From Candidatus Poribacteria bacterium (GTDB lineage Bacteria; Poribacteria; WGA-4E; WGA-3G), in NCBI GenBank assembly GCA_963663765.2, contig CAXXUA010000003.1:224001-288000 (forward strand): DNA of 64,000 nucleotides, read 5' to 3'. The position numbers were made by a program, and so were the translations under genes. The notes beneath the pieces were generated by a model, which was not told where the DNA came from, made no database searches, and saw only the letters and a list, made by a program, of their open reading frames with translations. Each line of letters begins with the position of its first letter. The stretch's first letter is position 1. Positions 1 through 10,321 of this stretch are shown here, in pieces.

Positions 1-3000
1 AACGCTGAAAGAATCAATGAATTAAGTACCAAATTTGGCAGAATCCAACCACTTCTTAGTGAACTCACCTCTTTAGTTAGACGTTTTCCGAATTCTCCAT
101 CACTTAAACGTGTTACTGCATATTTTAACGCAGTATCAGATGATTGGCAAGAGGCAATTCAAATATATAAAGAAGTGGCGATTACTTCAAAAGATTTCAT
201 TGACTGGTTTAATGTAGCGGTATCAGCGTTGAATTTGAATGAAGAAGAGTTCGCTTGTTATAGTTTAGAGAGATTCTTCAATGGTGTTTCTGTAATTGAT
301 AAGCCGAATGCATGGTATATTTATGTCAATCTCGTAGAGAAATTCAACAATCTTTCTGCATTCCGTGATCTGTGTAAAATAGACGAAAACGATGTTGCTG
401 AAAATGAAATTGAGATTTTATTGGACACGGCTATATATCTCTTTAAGAGGAAGGTTACCACAGAATTAGCAATAGAAATTGTACAAAAACGAATCAAAGG
501 TGAACCCGCTGTATCTTTGTTAAAAGAAGTCTCTGCAAAACTTGGTGGTCAGTCCGTTGAATCTTTCCGTCAATTCTTGGAAGAATTCATGAACGAGAGG
601 ATTGCTTCAGAAGAAAAAGACAACTCTATACATCTGGGATATTCTGAACCCTTTGGAAATACTAAAGCACCTACTCGCGATGTAACACTACAAAAACCTT
701 ATTCACGACCAACAGTTAAACTTACAGGGGAAGAACTTTATAGAAAAGCACAGAGAGCCGATAAAATAGACAAAAACCTTGCGAAAGCAGAAAAACTTTT
801 CCGAGAATGTATTCGTCAAAATATTCGGTATGACAGTGCAATTAAGGATTTAGCGATGGTGCTCGTGCGATTAGATCGTTCGTTGGAAGCCGTGGAACTT
901 CTTGAAAAATATCGGCCAGATGTAGAAGATAAACAGTCTTTAGATAATACTCTCATAATGGTATATCCAACTGCGGATCAGTATGAGAAAGCAATTGATC
1001 TTCTTAACAATTCTCTTAAACTAACTTCAGAGAGAGAAAAAAGGGCGCATATACACTCGCAAATATCCAGTAATTACATTAAATTAGGAAATTATTCAAA
1101 TGCAGAAAAACAATTCCGAGAGGTGCTAAAGTTACGGCCTAACAATATCACCGTGCAACGGAACCTTGCACTTTGTCTCTCAAAACAAGACCGTTATACA
1201 GAAGCAGAAGAAATCTTAAACCGAATTCAAAATATCTCTCCTAATGCTAAAACTGCTGAATTATTGGAAGCAATTGAAAAGGCAAAAGCAACTGGAGAAT
1301 TTATTCTTGATGATGACAGTTTTATTCCGACACCTTCAGATTTTTCTGGTGAATTAAGCGAATTTGCACATTTCTTTCTGAAACGTTGTGAGTTTGAAGG
1401 TCTGGAATCCAACATAATTGCCCAAAGAGTGCAAGATGGAAAATATACGGGGTCGGAAAAAGACGTAAAACGCGATATTGATAGACTTAGAGTAGTCTCC
1501 AGCAAACTGGGTCCTAGTAGTCCACGAGAACGTAGTAACTATAATCTATCTGCAGCCAGAATCTATTTTGATATAAGAGATAATAGGGATTCTTTTTATC
1601 AAGACCTTTGCCGTAGTTTTGCTTCAAGAGGCGATGCTGCAGTGATTGAAAATAGGGATTTAGATGCTGCGAGGGGGTGGTATTGTGAAGCACTGACCGT
1701 TTACGATGGAGCCAGAATTCATCATGGAAATGATGAAATAGGTTCTCTTGTAAAAGATGCAGATGGCTCACTTGTCAGGTATCTCTATTCAATATTGGGG
1801 GCTGAACGTATACCACGACCACCTAAGATTCCATCTGTCAGTACAGCGGTATCAGATGTTATTTGTACTGAGAGTGAAAAAGTTTTCGATGCAATAGTTT
1901 ATTTAGTTTCACACAGTGGATATGCTTCTGAAAAAATTTTACGTTGTCTTTACGAAAACACATCCTTACGAAGTATAGCTCTAAAATATTTAGAAAAAAA
2001 AGTGTTAGATCATCATCTTCCTGTTAAAGGTCAGAGTGATTTCATTCAATTGTGGAACGATTTACGACACAATCAATTTGGCAAAGCACACAGTATTTCA
2101 AACGGTTTAAGGGTTTTACAGACTTTTGAAATCTCGGTAGCTTGGTTGGAAGATAACATTAAACACATAGAAAATATTCGCACTAACCTTTTCTTTGAAT
2201 TAGACAAACAGAGAATTGCAGAATTACGGAGAATATTTTATACTGCATTAGAACTTTGCCAACAGAAAGTGTTTGGAGAACAGGAGTATCGTTGTAAGTT
2301 ACTCGATCGTTTCTGTGAAGATCTACTCGGACAAATTGAAATGAATCCAACAAAGTTTTCAGTAGAAGATGTTTATCCACTTATTGATGTTATTCACCAG
2401 AAAGTTAAAGAACATCTAGAAGGACTCTACGAAACTTTGAAACCTCAATTGACATTAAGGTTAGCAGAAGGAAAGGAATCTTGTGTGCCAGTTGATAGGA
2501 GAATTGAGGTGCAAATTGTTGTGGAGAATGAAGAAGGACGAATGCCTGCTGATGCATTAAAATTAGTAGCTCAGGCGGATGAATCATTTTTTGAAGTAAC
2601 AGTGCCAGATGTTGAATTAGCAGAATCATTGCGCGGAGGTAAAGACGCTCAGACAATTCTAAAGGTTCCTTTGCGTTTAACAGATGCAGCTTTGCAATCA
2701 GAAGCATTCTCTCTACCTATTTACGCTGAGTACGGTATCCGTGGAGGAAAACGAGATAAAACTCCAGTTCAAAATCTCTCTGTCAGACTTAATTCAGAAG
2801 ATGCGTTTGAGAAAATTGCAAACCCTTATGCGCGTTTTGCTGAAGGAGGCGTTGTTGGGGATGCGGAGATGTTCTTTGGACGTGATGAGTTAATTCAAAA
2901 TATTTCAAAGTCCATTAAAGAATCTCATTTTCAAAGTAAGTCAGTTGTTGTATTTGGACAAAAACGATCTGGAAAATCCTCAGTTTTGTATCACCTAAAG

Positions 3001-4011
3001 AAATCACTTCAAGAAGATAAAAATTTGCTTATTCTTGATTTAGAAAACATTGCTGCAATTCTGGGAGAGAATTCTAATGTCTCACTCTTAACCCTGATTT
3101 TCAAGAACATTTTATCAGAATTGCAAGATGCTATCGAAGATCACATAGATAAAGGTTTTACACCTTTAGAAATTGCTATTCCTTCTGATATGGACTTCTA
3201 TTCACATCCTAACCCTCAGCAGTGTTTTGGAAGTATATTTAGGAGTTTCAGACGTGAGATTTCTAAACAGGAAGATTGGCGTGATGTCCGGGTTGTCCTA
3301 CTGATTGATGAATTTCAGTATATTTATTCTCGAATTGTTGATGGTAAGATTCCCGAATCGTTCATGCAAAGTTGGAAGGCTTTTTTGCAAGCAAACTATT
3401 TCCATACAGTTTTAGTAGGTCAGGATGTAATGCCAAAGTTTAAAGCACGTTTTCCTAACGAGTTTGGTACAACTCAAGATGAGCGGGTTACTTATCTGAA
3501 ACCAGACGATGCACGAAGACTTATTGACGAACCCATACGCATTGGTGGCAGACAGGGTGACAGTCGCTATCGTGAACAAGCAATTGAACGGATTTTGGAT
3601 CTCACTGCTGGCAGCCCGTTCTACATTCAAATTATTTGCAACCGTCTTGTTGAATACATGAACGTTAAACACGCTGGACTTGTAACAGAGGCAGACGTTG
3701 ACCAGGTTAAGAATGAATTGATACGCGATGTAAATGCGTTAGGTTTAGACAAATTTGATAATCTCATCAATTCAGGAGATACCTCACCAGATGCTATAAC
3801 AGATGAAGATGTCATAAAAGTCCTTAAGATAATTGCTGACAATAGTAGTAAAACAGATCCTTGTCCTCGTGATAAAATTGTTTGCCAAACAGGTTCACCA
3901 ATTGATACTATTCTGGATGATCTTGAGAAGCGAGATGTTGTTAAACGCCGCGATCAATCTTATCAAATTCAGGTGGGACTTTTCAGAGAGTGGCTGATTG
4001 AGAACGGTTAA
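1..4011 (+). CDS. Large TPR-repeat + C-terminal STAND-like P-loop ATPase/wHTH protein (5' end lies outside the window)
   Basis: Frame is open from base 1, so the ORF-track start at 175 is an internal GTG. TPR-like repeats at about aa 185-370 of the track protein, then an Ig-like segment, NPY..G...FFGR, Walker A GQKRSGKSS, Walker B LLIDEFQ, and a GSPFYIQ helical motif. Confidence 0.8.
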   Translation, partial: NAERINELSTKFGRIQPLLSELTSLVRRFPNSPSLKRVTAYFNAVSDDWQEAIQIYKEVAITSKDFIDWFNVAVSALNLNEEEFACYSLERFFNGVSVIDKPNAWYIYVNLVEKFNNLSAFRDLCKIDENDVAENEIEILLDTAIYLFKRKVTTELAIEIVQKRIKGEPAVSLLKEVSAKLGGQSVESFRQFLEEFMNERIASEEKDNSIHLGYSEPFGNTKAPTRDVTLQKPYSRPTVKLTGEELYRKAQRADKIDKNLAKAEKLFRECIRQNIRYDSAIKDLAMVLVRLDRSLEAVELLEKYRPDVEDKQSLDNTLIMVYPTADQYEKAIDLLNNSLKLTSEREKRAHIHSQISSNYIKLGNYSNAEKQFREVLKLRPNNITVQRNLALCLSKQDRYTEAEEILNRIQNISPNAKTAELLEAIEKAKATGEFILDDDSFIPTPSDFSGELSEFAHFFLKRCEFEGLESNIIAQRVQDGKYTGSEKDVKRDIDRLRVVSSKLGPSSPRERSNYNLSAARIYFDIRDNRDSFYQDLCRSFASRGDAAVIENRDLDAARGWYCEALTVYDGARIHHGNDEIGSLVKDADGSLVRYLYSILGAERIPRPPKIPSVSTAVSDVICTESEKVFDAIVYLVSHSGYASEKILRCLYENTSLRSIALKYLEKKVLDHHLPVKGQSDFIQLWNDLRHNQFGKAHSISNGLRVLQTFEISVAWLEDNIKHIENIRTNLFFELDKQRIAELRRIFYTALELCQQKVFGEQEYRCKLLDRFCEDLLGQIEMNPTKFSVEDVYPLIDVIHQKVKEHLEGLYETLKPQLTLRLAEGKESCVPVDRRIEVQIVVENEEGRMPADALKLVAQADESFFEVTVPDVELAESLRGGKDAQTILKVPLRLTDAALQSEAFSLPIYAEYGIRGGKRDKTPVQNLSVRLNSEDAFEKIANPYARFAEGGVVGDAEMFFGRDELIQNISKSIKESHFQSKSVVVFGQKRSGKSSVLYHLKKSLQEDKNLLILDLENIAAILGENSNVSLLTLIFKNILSELQDAIEDHIDKGFTPLEIAIPSDMDFYSHPNPQQCFGSIFRSFRREISKQEDWRDVRVVLLIDEFQYIYSRIVDGKIPESFMQSWKAFLQANYFHTVLVGQDVMPKFKARFPNEFGTTQDERVTYLKPDDARRLIDEPIRIGGRQGDSRYREQAIERILDLTAGSPFYIQIICNRLVEYMNVKHAGLVTEADVDQVKNELIRDVNALGLDKFDNLINSGDTSPDAITDEDVIKVLKIIADNSSKTDPCPRDKIVCQTGSPIDTILDDLEKRDVVKRRDQSYQIQVGLFREWLIENG

Positions 4012-4021
4012 TGGAGAAGAT

Positions 4022-5527
4022 ATGAATTTTGAAAATCCTTTTGTAAATTATGGCAAAATTGTTCGTGGTGAACGTTTCATTGGACGTCATAAAATTCATA
4101 GTGTGATTGAAAACCGAATTATTTATCCTGTTAACCCTGGAAATTTAGCCATCATTGGTGTGCATCGCATTGGCAAAAGTAGTCTTGCTTACAAAACAAT
4201 CATTGAACAAAAAGAGAAACTAATTGCTAAGGGAATCCTGCCTATTTGGATTGGACTATCTTCCTACGATCAGTCATCAGAGTTTTTCAGTTCGCTGGTA
4301 GTTGAATGTGTCAATGAAATGGAAGATTTAGATTGGCTAACTGAGAAAATTCAACGTTTAGCTGATCGTGCATTAGAAGATGGTGCTACGTGGGACCGAA
4401 CAAGACGTTTTTTTAAAGAAGTGCAAAAAGCTGGATATGGTACACTTTTCATTCTGGATGAATTTGATCATGCTCGTTATATCTTCAAGGGTGAGACAGC
4501 ATTCCAACGTTTGCGAGAATTAGCCGATTATCCAGATTACCGTTTGTCGCTTGTGCTCACGTCCCGTCGTAGCATTAAGGATATTGAAACCGCGGCTGGT
4601 TCTTCATCTCCGTTTCATAACATTTTCCAAGTACAACGTTTAGCCATGTTCAATGATGATGACTTAGCAATCTACTTTTCCCGATTTTCAGATATGGGAA
4701 TATCTATATCTGATGAACAAAGACAACGGGTGTTGTTCTATTGTGGAGTTCACCCCTACTTGTTGGAAATGTTAGGTTGGGAAATCGTTGAGAGGTATCG
4801 TCAAAATCAAGAACAAGATGTTGATATCGATTTAGCAGCAGATACTATCCTACAGTCTATCTTTGGTCATTATGACGATATGATTCGGTTGCTGCGGGAG
4901 GAAGAAACCTTAAATAAACTTCTCCAGATTTTATTTGGTCCTGCCATTGATGTTACACCAACAGATGTAACAGAACTTGAAAACTACGGTTTGATTAAGT
5001 CAGTTAATGAATGTCCTTATATTGCATACTCAGAACACTTTCACGATTACCTAAAACTACATGAAAGTGCAACAGAATTTGTTGATGATTTACATTCTAT
5101 CTGGAGCAAAACTGAGAATGTGCTCCGCGAGGTAATCACAACAACCATGTTTGGTGTATTTGGAGATGATTGGATTGAAGAATTCGAGAAAACACGCCCT
5201 AATCTGAAACAGATTTTCGATAAATGTCGTCAAGCACAACAGAAGGAAGAAAAGTCATTTCCAGATCAAGCATCACAAAATCTAATTGATTATACCTATC
5301 CAGCAGATCTGTTTAGGATAATTCTTGGTAAAGGAATATGGGATCAGCATTTTCAAACAATCTTTGGTCAATATACGGGTTACTGGGACGAACGGGGTAA
5401 GTTTCTTGCGAAATGTAGAACTCCTTTGGATCACAACCGGGATAAAATACTTAAACCTCACCAACGAAAAATATTTGAAGCGTATTGTGATGAAATTCTG
5501 GGAGTGCTGTCTAATAGCATCCAGTGA
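4022..5527 (+). CDS. STAND-like ATPase with C-terminal Swt1-like HEPN domain (putative RNase effector)
   Basis: NPF...FIGR, Walker A GVHRIGKSS, Walker B FILDEFD, GVHPY motif. C-terminus has E..LR..I...FG.DW, DYTYPADLFRII and an Rx4H motif RTPLDH. ATG 4022 follows GGAGA (track start 3998). Confidence 0.75.
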   Translation: MNFENPFVNYGKIVRGERFIGRHKIHSVIENRIIYPVNPGNLAIIGVHRIGKSSLAYKTIIEQKEKLIAKGILPIWIGLSSYDQSSEFFSSLVVECVNEMEDLDWLTEKIQRLADRALEDGATWDRTRRFFKEVQKAGYGTLFILDEFDHARYIFKGETAFQRLRELADYPDYRLSLVLTSRRSIKDIETAAGSSSPFHNIFQVQRLAMFNDDDLAIYFSRFSDMGISISDEQRQRVLFYCGVHPYLLEMLGWEIVERYRQNQEQDVDIDLAADTILQSIFGHYDDMIRLLREEETLNKLLQILFGPAIDVTPTDVTELENYGLIKSVNECPYIAYSEHFHDYLKLHESATEFVDDLHSIWSKTENVLREVITTTMFGVFGDDWIEEFEKTRPNLKQIFDKCRQAQQKEEKSFPDQASQNLIDYTYPADLFRIILGKGIWDQHFQTIFGQYTGYWDERGKFLAKCRTPLDHNRDKILKPHQRKIFEAYCDEILGVLSNSIQ

Positions 5528-5584
5528 ACTCATCTGAAGCATCATTACACAAAAGTACTTTCATTTAAGACAGAAATGTAACGT

Positions 5585-7099
5585 TTATGCATACGCGAAG
5601 CGATCAACACGTTTTTCCAATGGCTCCATCTCCTCAAGAATGGCCCCTATGAGGTTTGCCTTATCAGCTGCATAAGCGGGATTATCCCAGTGGTTAACGC
5701 GTTCAGCAGGATCACTTTCCAAGTCGTAGAGTTCACCATACGGATGTCCGCAATACCATGTCAACTTCCGCGTGTCAGTCACAATGGTTTTAAGACGCAA
5801 ACCTTGTGGGTCGTCAACACATTCCACCAACAATGAATCTCTCACAGACTCTTGTTCTCCAGTAAGCATCGGCATTGCGTCCACACCATCAATATCGGAT
5901 GGGATCGGCAACCCGGCAGCAGCAAGAACAGTCGGGACAATATCAACATGACTGAAGAGAGCCTGTGAACGTTGTCCAGATGGAATAGCAGCAGGATACC
6001 GCATTAAAGTCGGCACGCGGACAAGTTGCTCATAATGGAAAGGTCCCTTCATCCAAAGTCCGTGGTCACCCAACAGTTCTCCGTGGTCTGTCGTAAACAG
6101 GACTAACGTATTATCGCGCATCCCTTGCGCATCAAGACATTCCAAAATGCGTCCCATCTGCTGATCAATAATCTTCACCATATTGTAATAATATGCTCTA
6201 CCGAGTCTCGCATCGTCCTCAGAGACTTTGCGAAAATCTGCACCGCCACCTTGTCCCGCCATCGCAAACTTGCCTTTTGTCTTTGAATTTCTAAGTTGAC
6301 CACACCGAGCTTCCATAAAGTGTGGAGGTTTGTCCTCCAACTCACCTTCAACAAAATCTGGCAGCAGTACTTCAGCAGGATTAACGCGTTCCTCAAATTC
6401 AGTTGGTACACAGTGTGGATGGTGCGGGTCTTGAAAACCGACTGACAACAAGAAAGGTTGATCAGCATCACGGTTTGTCAAAAAATCTATCGTTCGATCA
6501 GCAGTCCAAATACTGTTGTGGTATTTTAGGGGAATATCCCAATCGTGCGCGCCACCACCAAAACCTACTTTTGACAGACGTCTCGCTTTGCTGTAACTGG
6601 CAAAATCTTCTGCAGAAACCTGAGATTTCACCCACTCACCATAATGTCCGGCGATACCATACGTTGCATGACCGAGTGCTAATTCTATTGTCTCAAATCC
6701 GTAGTAAGGTCCGCAGAAATCTGGGTAACGATCCGTGTTGTTTCGCGTTTCCATTGATAGTTCTGGGGATGCACCAAAGGGTTGAAAATGAGCTTTACCA
6801 ATGTAGTGTGTGCGATATCCAGCTTCCGAGAGTCGGTTTGAGATCATCGGTTCATCTTCGGGGACATTCATACCAACATTCCATGCACCGTGCCGACTCA
6901 CATACTTACCAGAAAAGATTGAAGCACGGGCAGGAGTGCATACTGGATTTGTACAATACGCACGTTCAAAACAGACACCTTCAGCTGCAAATTTGTCTAA
7001 ATGCGGAGTATCTGTAAATGTTGAGCCGTAGCAGCTGAGACTATCCGTACGCTGCTGGTCGGTCGTAATAATGATTATATTCGGACGTTGTGTGTTCAT
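5585..7099 (-). CDS. Sulfatase (formylglycine-dependent, choline-sulfatase-like)
   Basis: TDQQR, CTPARAS (CxPxR), GKAH, DPHHP, TTDHGE and LYDLESDP motifs. Confidence 0.92.
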   Translation of the reverse strand: MNTQRPNIIIITTDQQRTDSLSCYGSTFTDTPHLDKFAAEGVCFERAYCTNPVCTPARASIFSGKYVSRHGAWNVGMNVPEDEPMISNRLSEAGYRTHYIGKAHFQPFGASPELSMETRNNTDRYPDFCGPYYGFETIELALGHATYGIAGHYGEWVKSQVSAEDFASYSKARRLSKVGFGGGAHDWDIPLKYHNSIWTADRTIDFLTNRDADQPFLLSVGFQDPHHPHCVPTEFEERVNPAEVLLPDFVEGELEDKPPHFMEARCGQLRNSKTKGKFAMAGQGGGADFRKVSEDDARLGRAYYYNMVKIIDQQMGRILECLDAQGMRDNTLVLFTTDHGELLGDHGLWMKGPFHYEQLVRVPTLMRYPAAIPSGQRSQALFSHVDIVPTVLAAAGLPIPSDIDGVDAMPMLTGEQESVRDSLLVECVDDPQGLRLKTIVTDTRKLTWYCGHPYGELYDLESDPAERVNHWDNPAYAADKANLIGAILEEMEPLEKRVDRFAYA

Positions 7100-7113
7100 A
7101 GATATTGACAGCC

Positions 7114-7713
7114 TTAATTTCCTTGTACTGCTTTGAAAACAGAATTCATTGCACCAAACAAGATAGGTAAATTTGCTAAAGTAAAGTTGGTTCGATTTCG
7201 TGTAAAGACATCACCAACAAGATTTCCAAATTGCCACATAATTCCATCGGTGACAATGCCATGCACAGGAAAATTTGTATTGTCATTTATTTTCTGTGCT
7301 GCGACTAACTCTGCCAAACACTGTCCCCATCCAAGTTCAAAGTCGTTCTTTTTCGCTTCAACCATCATTATCAATGGTGTTCCGACAACAGTGATACCCA
7401 ATTCAGACTTTGTGGCAATAAGATAATCTGGTGTTCCATTCAAAGTTTCATCATAAGTGATGGATTTCTTTACCCAAAGTCCGTAGTTTTCTGCATAATC
7501 TTTGTAGATCTCTCTTAAAATAGGAAATATGACCACTTCACATCTTGATCCTTCTGATGTAAAAAAATCAATGTGTTGTTGACTAAATTCAAGTTCTTTC
7601 AAAAAATGTTCTGAAGGAACTTTCGCCTCAGCTTTGAAAAAATCATTGTACGTGTATTTGATATTGAACTTTTCCTGAACTTCAGAAATTGTCTTGAAAT
7701 CACTAAATGCCAT
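7114..7713 (-). CDS. PD-(D/E)xK / HsdR-N-like nuclease-fold protein, paralog 1
   Basis: GTPDYL...VEAKK...GQC.AE..AAQ...GIVTDG..W motif. ATG 7713 follows GGAGG. Confidence 0.6.
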   Translation of the reverse strand: MAFSDFKTISEVQEKFNIKYTYNDFFKAEAKVPSEHFLKELEFSQQHIDFFTSEGSRCEVVIFPILREIYKDYAENYGLWVKKSITYDETLNGTPDYLIATKSELGITVVGTPLIMMVEAKKNDFELGWGQCLAELVAAQKINDNTNFPVHGIVTDGIMWQFGNLVGDVFTRNRTNFTLANLPILFGAMNSVFKAVQGN

Positions 7714-8057
7714 GAGGACTACCTCCACACTTCCAATATGAATTAGGTCTTACGCAAAAACGGTAAGCGCGCTTTGTCTGCTCGCTAAAAACTCAAGATA
7801 CTTCTAAGAATGGACTGTTTAGGCATATTTATTGAAAATCTGTGAAAATTGCGTCCATCCTATTAATTTTCGCATTTAGTCGTTTTGGACTTAGAAACGG
7901 TGCGCGAGCACCTGACAGGTTATAGTGGGGTCTATATGAGCATGATAGAGGTTTTAGTTGCTATTGAAGCATGCTTGGAATAGTTCGCATCATTATACGG
8001 ATCAGATCACCACTATAATGTTGCGTATACACCTTTGTATGTAGCGGAGTCATGCTC

Positions 8058-9478
8058 TGACATACTCCCCAAGCTAAAGCATGGGGGTTCTTAGTTCTTA
8101 TATTGGAAACGGTTTGAGTTGTTTCCAAACGACTTTTCCTGCTTCCGTGTCTCGTGCCCTTTCCTGAACAGCGTTGGGTCTTATTTGCACTCCACAGGCG
8201 TGACTTTCGGTGTGTCCCACCGTAGTTGGTTTCAAGTTTATTGCAGCATTGACATCTCTATCTATAGACATATCACATTGACTGCAGTGATACATTCTTT
8301 CTGAAAGTGTTAGGTCTTTCTTTTTGTGTCCACAACCGGAACAGGTTTTACTACTTGCAAAGAACATATCTGCTTCTTTGACAGGTATACCGTGCACTTC
8401 TGCTTTTGTCTTGAGTTTTAGCAGGAAACTGCCTAATGCTGTATCTGACAATGCTTTTGCGAGGTTTCTGTTCTTCAGCATATTAGTAACCTTGAGTGTC
8501 TCAATACCGATCGCAGATGCGAGGTTGACAATCTCTGTAGTTGCTTTATGATGTGCATCGTTTCGGATACAAGCGATACGATAGTAGATACGTTCTAACT
8601 TGTGTTTTTGTTTGAACCAGTTGTTAGACTTGAAAACTTTTCTACTTAATCTACGTTGTTCTCTTGCTAACTTCTTTTCATATCGTTTCAGGGGTCTTGG
8701 ATTATCATATTTCGTGCCATCACTCAATGTGGCAAGTGTGTTTATGCCTACATCTATACCAATCACAGGGTGCGTTGAGTTATCAACTGCTTCGGTGTCC
8801 TCTGTTTCTATGGTGATAGATACAAACCAACGATGTGCTGTCCTTGAGATCGTCACTTTCATAATCTTACCCACAAAACGCAATGATTCAAACATGCTAA
8901 TCCAACCAATCTTAGGAAGTTTGATACGCTTACCTTCAACTTCTACAGATTGATTATTTGTGGTGAATGCGTCCTTTTTGCCACGCTTCTTGAACTTCGG
9001 AAATCTCGCACGCTTACCAACCCAACTCGCAAGCGCAGCAGACAAGTTACCAAATATGCTTTTATTGGCTACAACCTGATCCATATCTTTAGTCCAAGCA
9101 TGTGCTTTCTTAGCAATATTAAATCGAGTGTTTAACTTCGCAGCGGATAAGAACTCATCATTTGCCAATGCAGACTTGAAATCTGCTAATGCATGATTAT
9201 ATGCAAATCTCGCATAGCCACACTGTTGTGCAAACCATTTTCGTTGATTGTTATTTGGATTCAATGCAATCTTATGTGTTTTTAGCATGATCATATTCCA
9301 GTCCTATGAAGACGTCAGTTCCCTCTACTAAAGGTGTGTAGGTGTTAGTAGCACCTACACTGAACTGGTATAATGAGTATCTCATGTTTTAAACCAAAAA
9401 TCAAGTTTTTTCTTGACACAAGCACTTAGCACGACTACATCCCACTACCTAAAGGTAGGGGTTTTGTCGTGATTCTTG
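8058..9478 (-). mobile_element. Non-autonomous IS200/IS605 (IS1341-type, tnpB-only) element
   Basis: Left-end hairpin cccactacctaaaggtagggg (~9441-9461), preceded on the minus strand by TTTAT|CAAGAATC. Right-end hairpin ccccaagctaaagcatggggg (~8067-8087), ending in TGTCA on the minus strand. Confidence 0.8.
8098..9294 (-). CDS. tnpB: RNA-guided endonuclease TnpB
   Basis: N-terminal HTH_OrfB; RuvC motifs GIDVG, IETL and DRDVNAA; Zn finger CSGC...CSQC. Confidence 0.95.
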   Translation of the reverse strand: MIMLKTHKIALNPNNNQRKWFAQQCGYARFAYNHALADFKSALANDEFLSAAKLNTRFNIAKKAHAWTKDMDQVVANKSIFGNLSAALASWVGKRARFPKFKKRGKKDAFTTNNQSVEVEGKRIKLPKIGWISMFESLRFVGKIMKVTISRTAHRWFVSITIETEDTEAVDNSTHPVIGIDVGINTLATLSDGTKYDNPRPLKRYEKKLAREQRRLSRKVFKSNNWFKQKHKLERIYYRIACIRNDAHHKATTEIVNLASAIGIETLKVTNMLKNRNLAKALSDTALGSFLLKLKTKAEVHGIPVKEADMFFASSKTCSGCGHKKKDLTLSERMYHCSQCDMSIDRDVNAAINLKPTTVGHTESHACGVQIRPNAVQERARDTEAGKVVWKQLKPFPI

Positions 9479-9581
9479 ATAAATATAACTATAGGAAAGA
9501 CCACCAAGTCTTTTGGATGTCTATGTTTGAGGCTGTGGGATGCGAGACTGCATTATCCTAAGTCCAAAACGACTAACAGCC

Positions 9582-10181
9582 TTAATTTCCTTGTACTGCT
9601 TTGAAAACAGAATTCATTGCACCAAAAAGTATCGGAAGATTATCTACAGTATAATTCGTCATGTTTTGTATAAAAGTATCACCTACGAGCCTGCCAAATT
9701 CCCACATTTTTCCATCGGTTACAATACCGTAGACAGGAAATTCTGGATCGTCATTGATTTTTTGTGCTGCAACCATCTCTGCTAAGCATTGTCCCCATCC
9801 TTGTTCAAAATCGTTCTTTTTTGCTTCAACGAACATAATCAAAGGTGTTCCGACAACAGTTATTCCCAATTCAGATCGTGTAGCAATAAGATAGTCTGGT
9901 GTGCCGCTCAATGTTTCATCATATATAATAGATTTCTTTACCCAAAGTCCGTATTTTTCAGCATAATCCTTATATACCTCTTTTAAAATTGGAAATATAA
10001 CTACTTCAGATCTTGCACCTTCGGATGCAAAAACATCAATATATTTTCTGCTGAATTTAAGATCTTGTATAAATGTATCTGATGGTTTCTTTGCCTCAAC
10101 TTCGAAAAAGTCATTTGACGTATATCTGATGCTAAATTTTTCTTGAACTTCAGAAATAGTCTTGAAATCAATAAATGCCAT
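9582..10181 (-). CDS. PD-(D/E)xK / HsdR-N-like nuclease-fold protein, paralog 2
   Basis: Close paralog of 7114-7713 with the same motifs, RBS and C-terminus. Confidence 0.6.
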   Translation of the reverse strand: MAFIDFKTISEVQEKFSIRYTSNDFFEVEAKKPSDTFIQDLKFSRKYIDVFASEGARSEVVIFPILKEVYKDYAEKYGLWVKKSIIYDETLSGTPDYLIATRSELGITVVGTPLIMFVEAKKNDFEQGWGQCLAEMVAAQKINDDPEFPVYGIVTDGKMWEFGRLVGDTFIQNMTNYTVDNLPILFGAMNSVFKAVQGN

Positions 10182-10208
10182 GAGGACTACCTCCACAATT
10201 TCAATTAA

Positions 10209-10296
10209 TACCAAATTAACATAAGTTGTATTGTTTGAGTGCCGAGAACATGGACGGGTACAGAGACCCGTCCCTACGATTTAGGTTAATTTGGTA
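10209..10296. mobile_element. MITE with TACCAAATTAAC terminal inverted repeats carrying a GTAG-type REP (empty-site copy)
   Basis: taccaaattaac ... gttaatttggta, with internal gacgggtacagagacccgtccctac. A sister copy lies at 33013-33144. Confidence 0.7.
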
Positions 10297-10321
10297 TAAC
10301 TTGTTTTCTGCAAAGCATAAA

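Larger units (their letters stand above)
7876..9576. mobile_element. TA-flanked MITE (IS630-like ends) that hosts the IS605-type insertion
   Basis: Perfect 19-bp inverted repeats TTAGTCGTTTTGGACTTAG (7876-7894) and CTAAGTCCAAAACGACTAA (9558-9576). Confidence 0.65.

Noticed and set aside
175-177. GTG at 175 as the true start of the TPR-ATPase
   Set aside because: The frame is open back to base 1 with no RBS, so the gene begins upstream of the window.
6403-7017. 204-aa antisense ORF and the many other short ORFs overlapping long genes
   Set aside because: They are shadow ORFs opposite or within well-supported genes, with no motifs.
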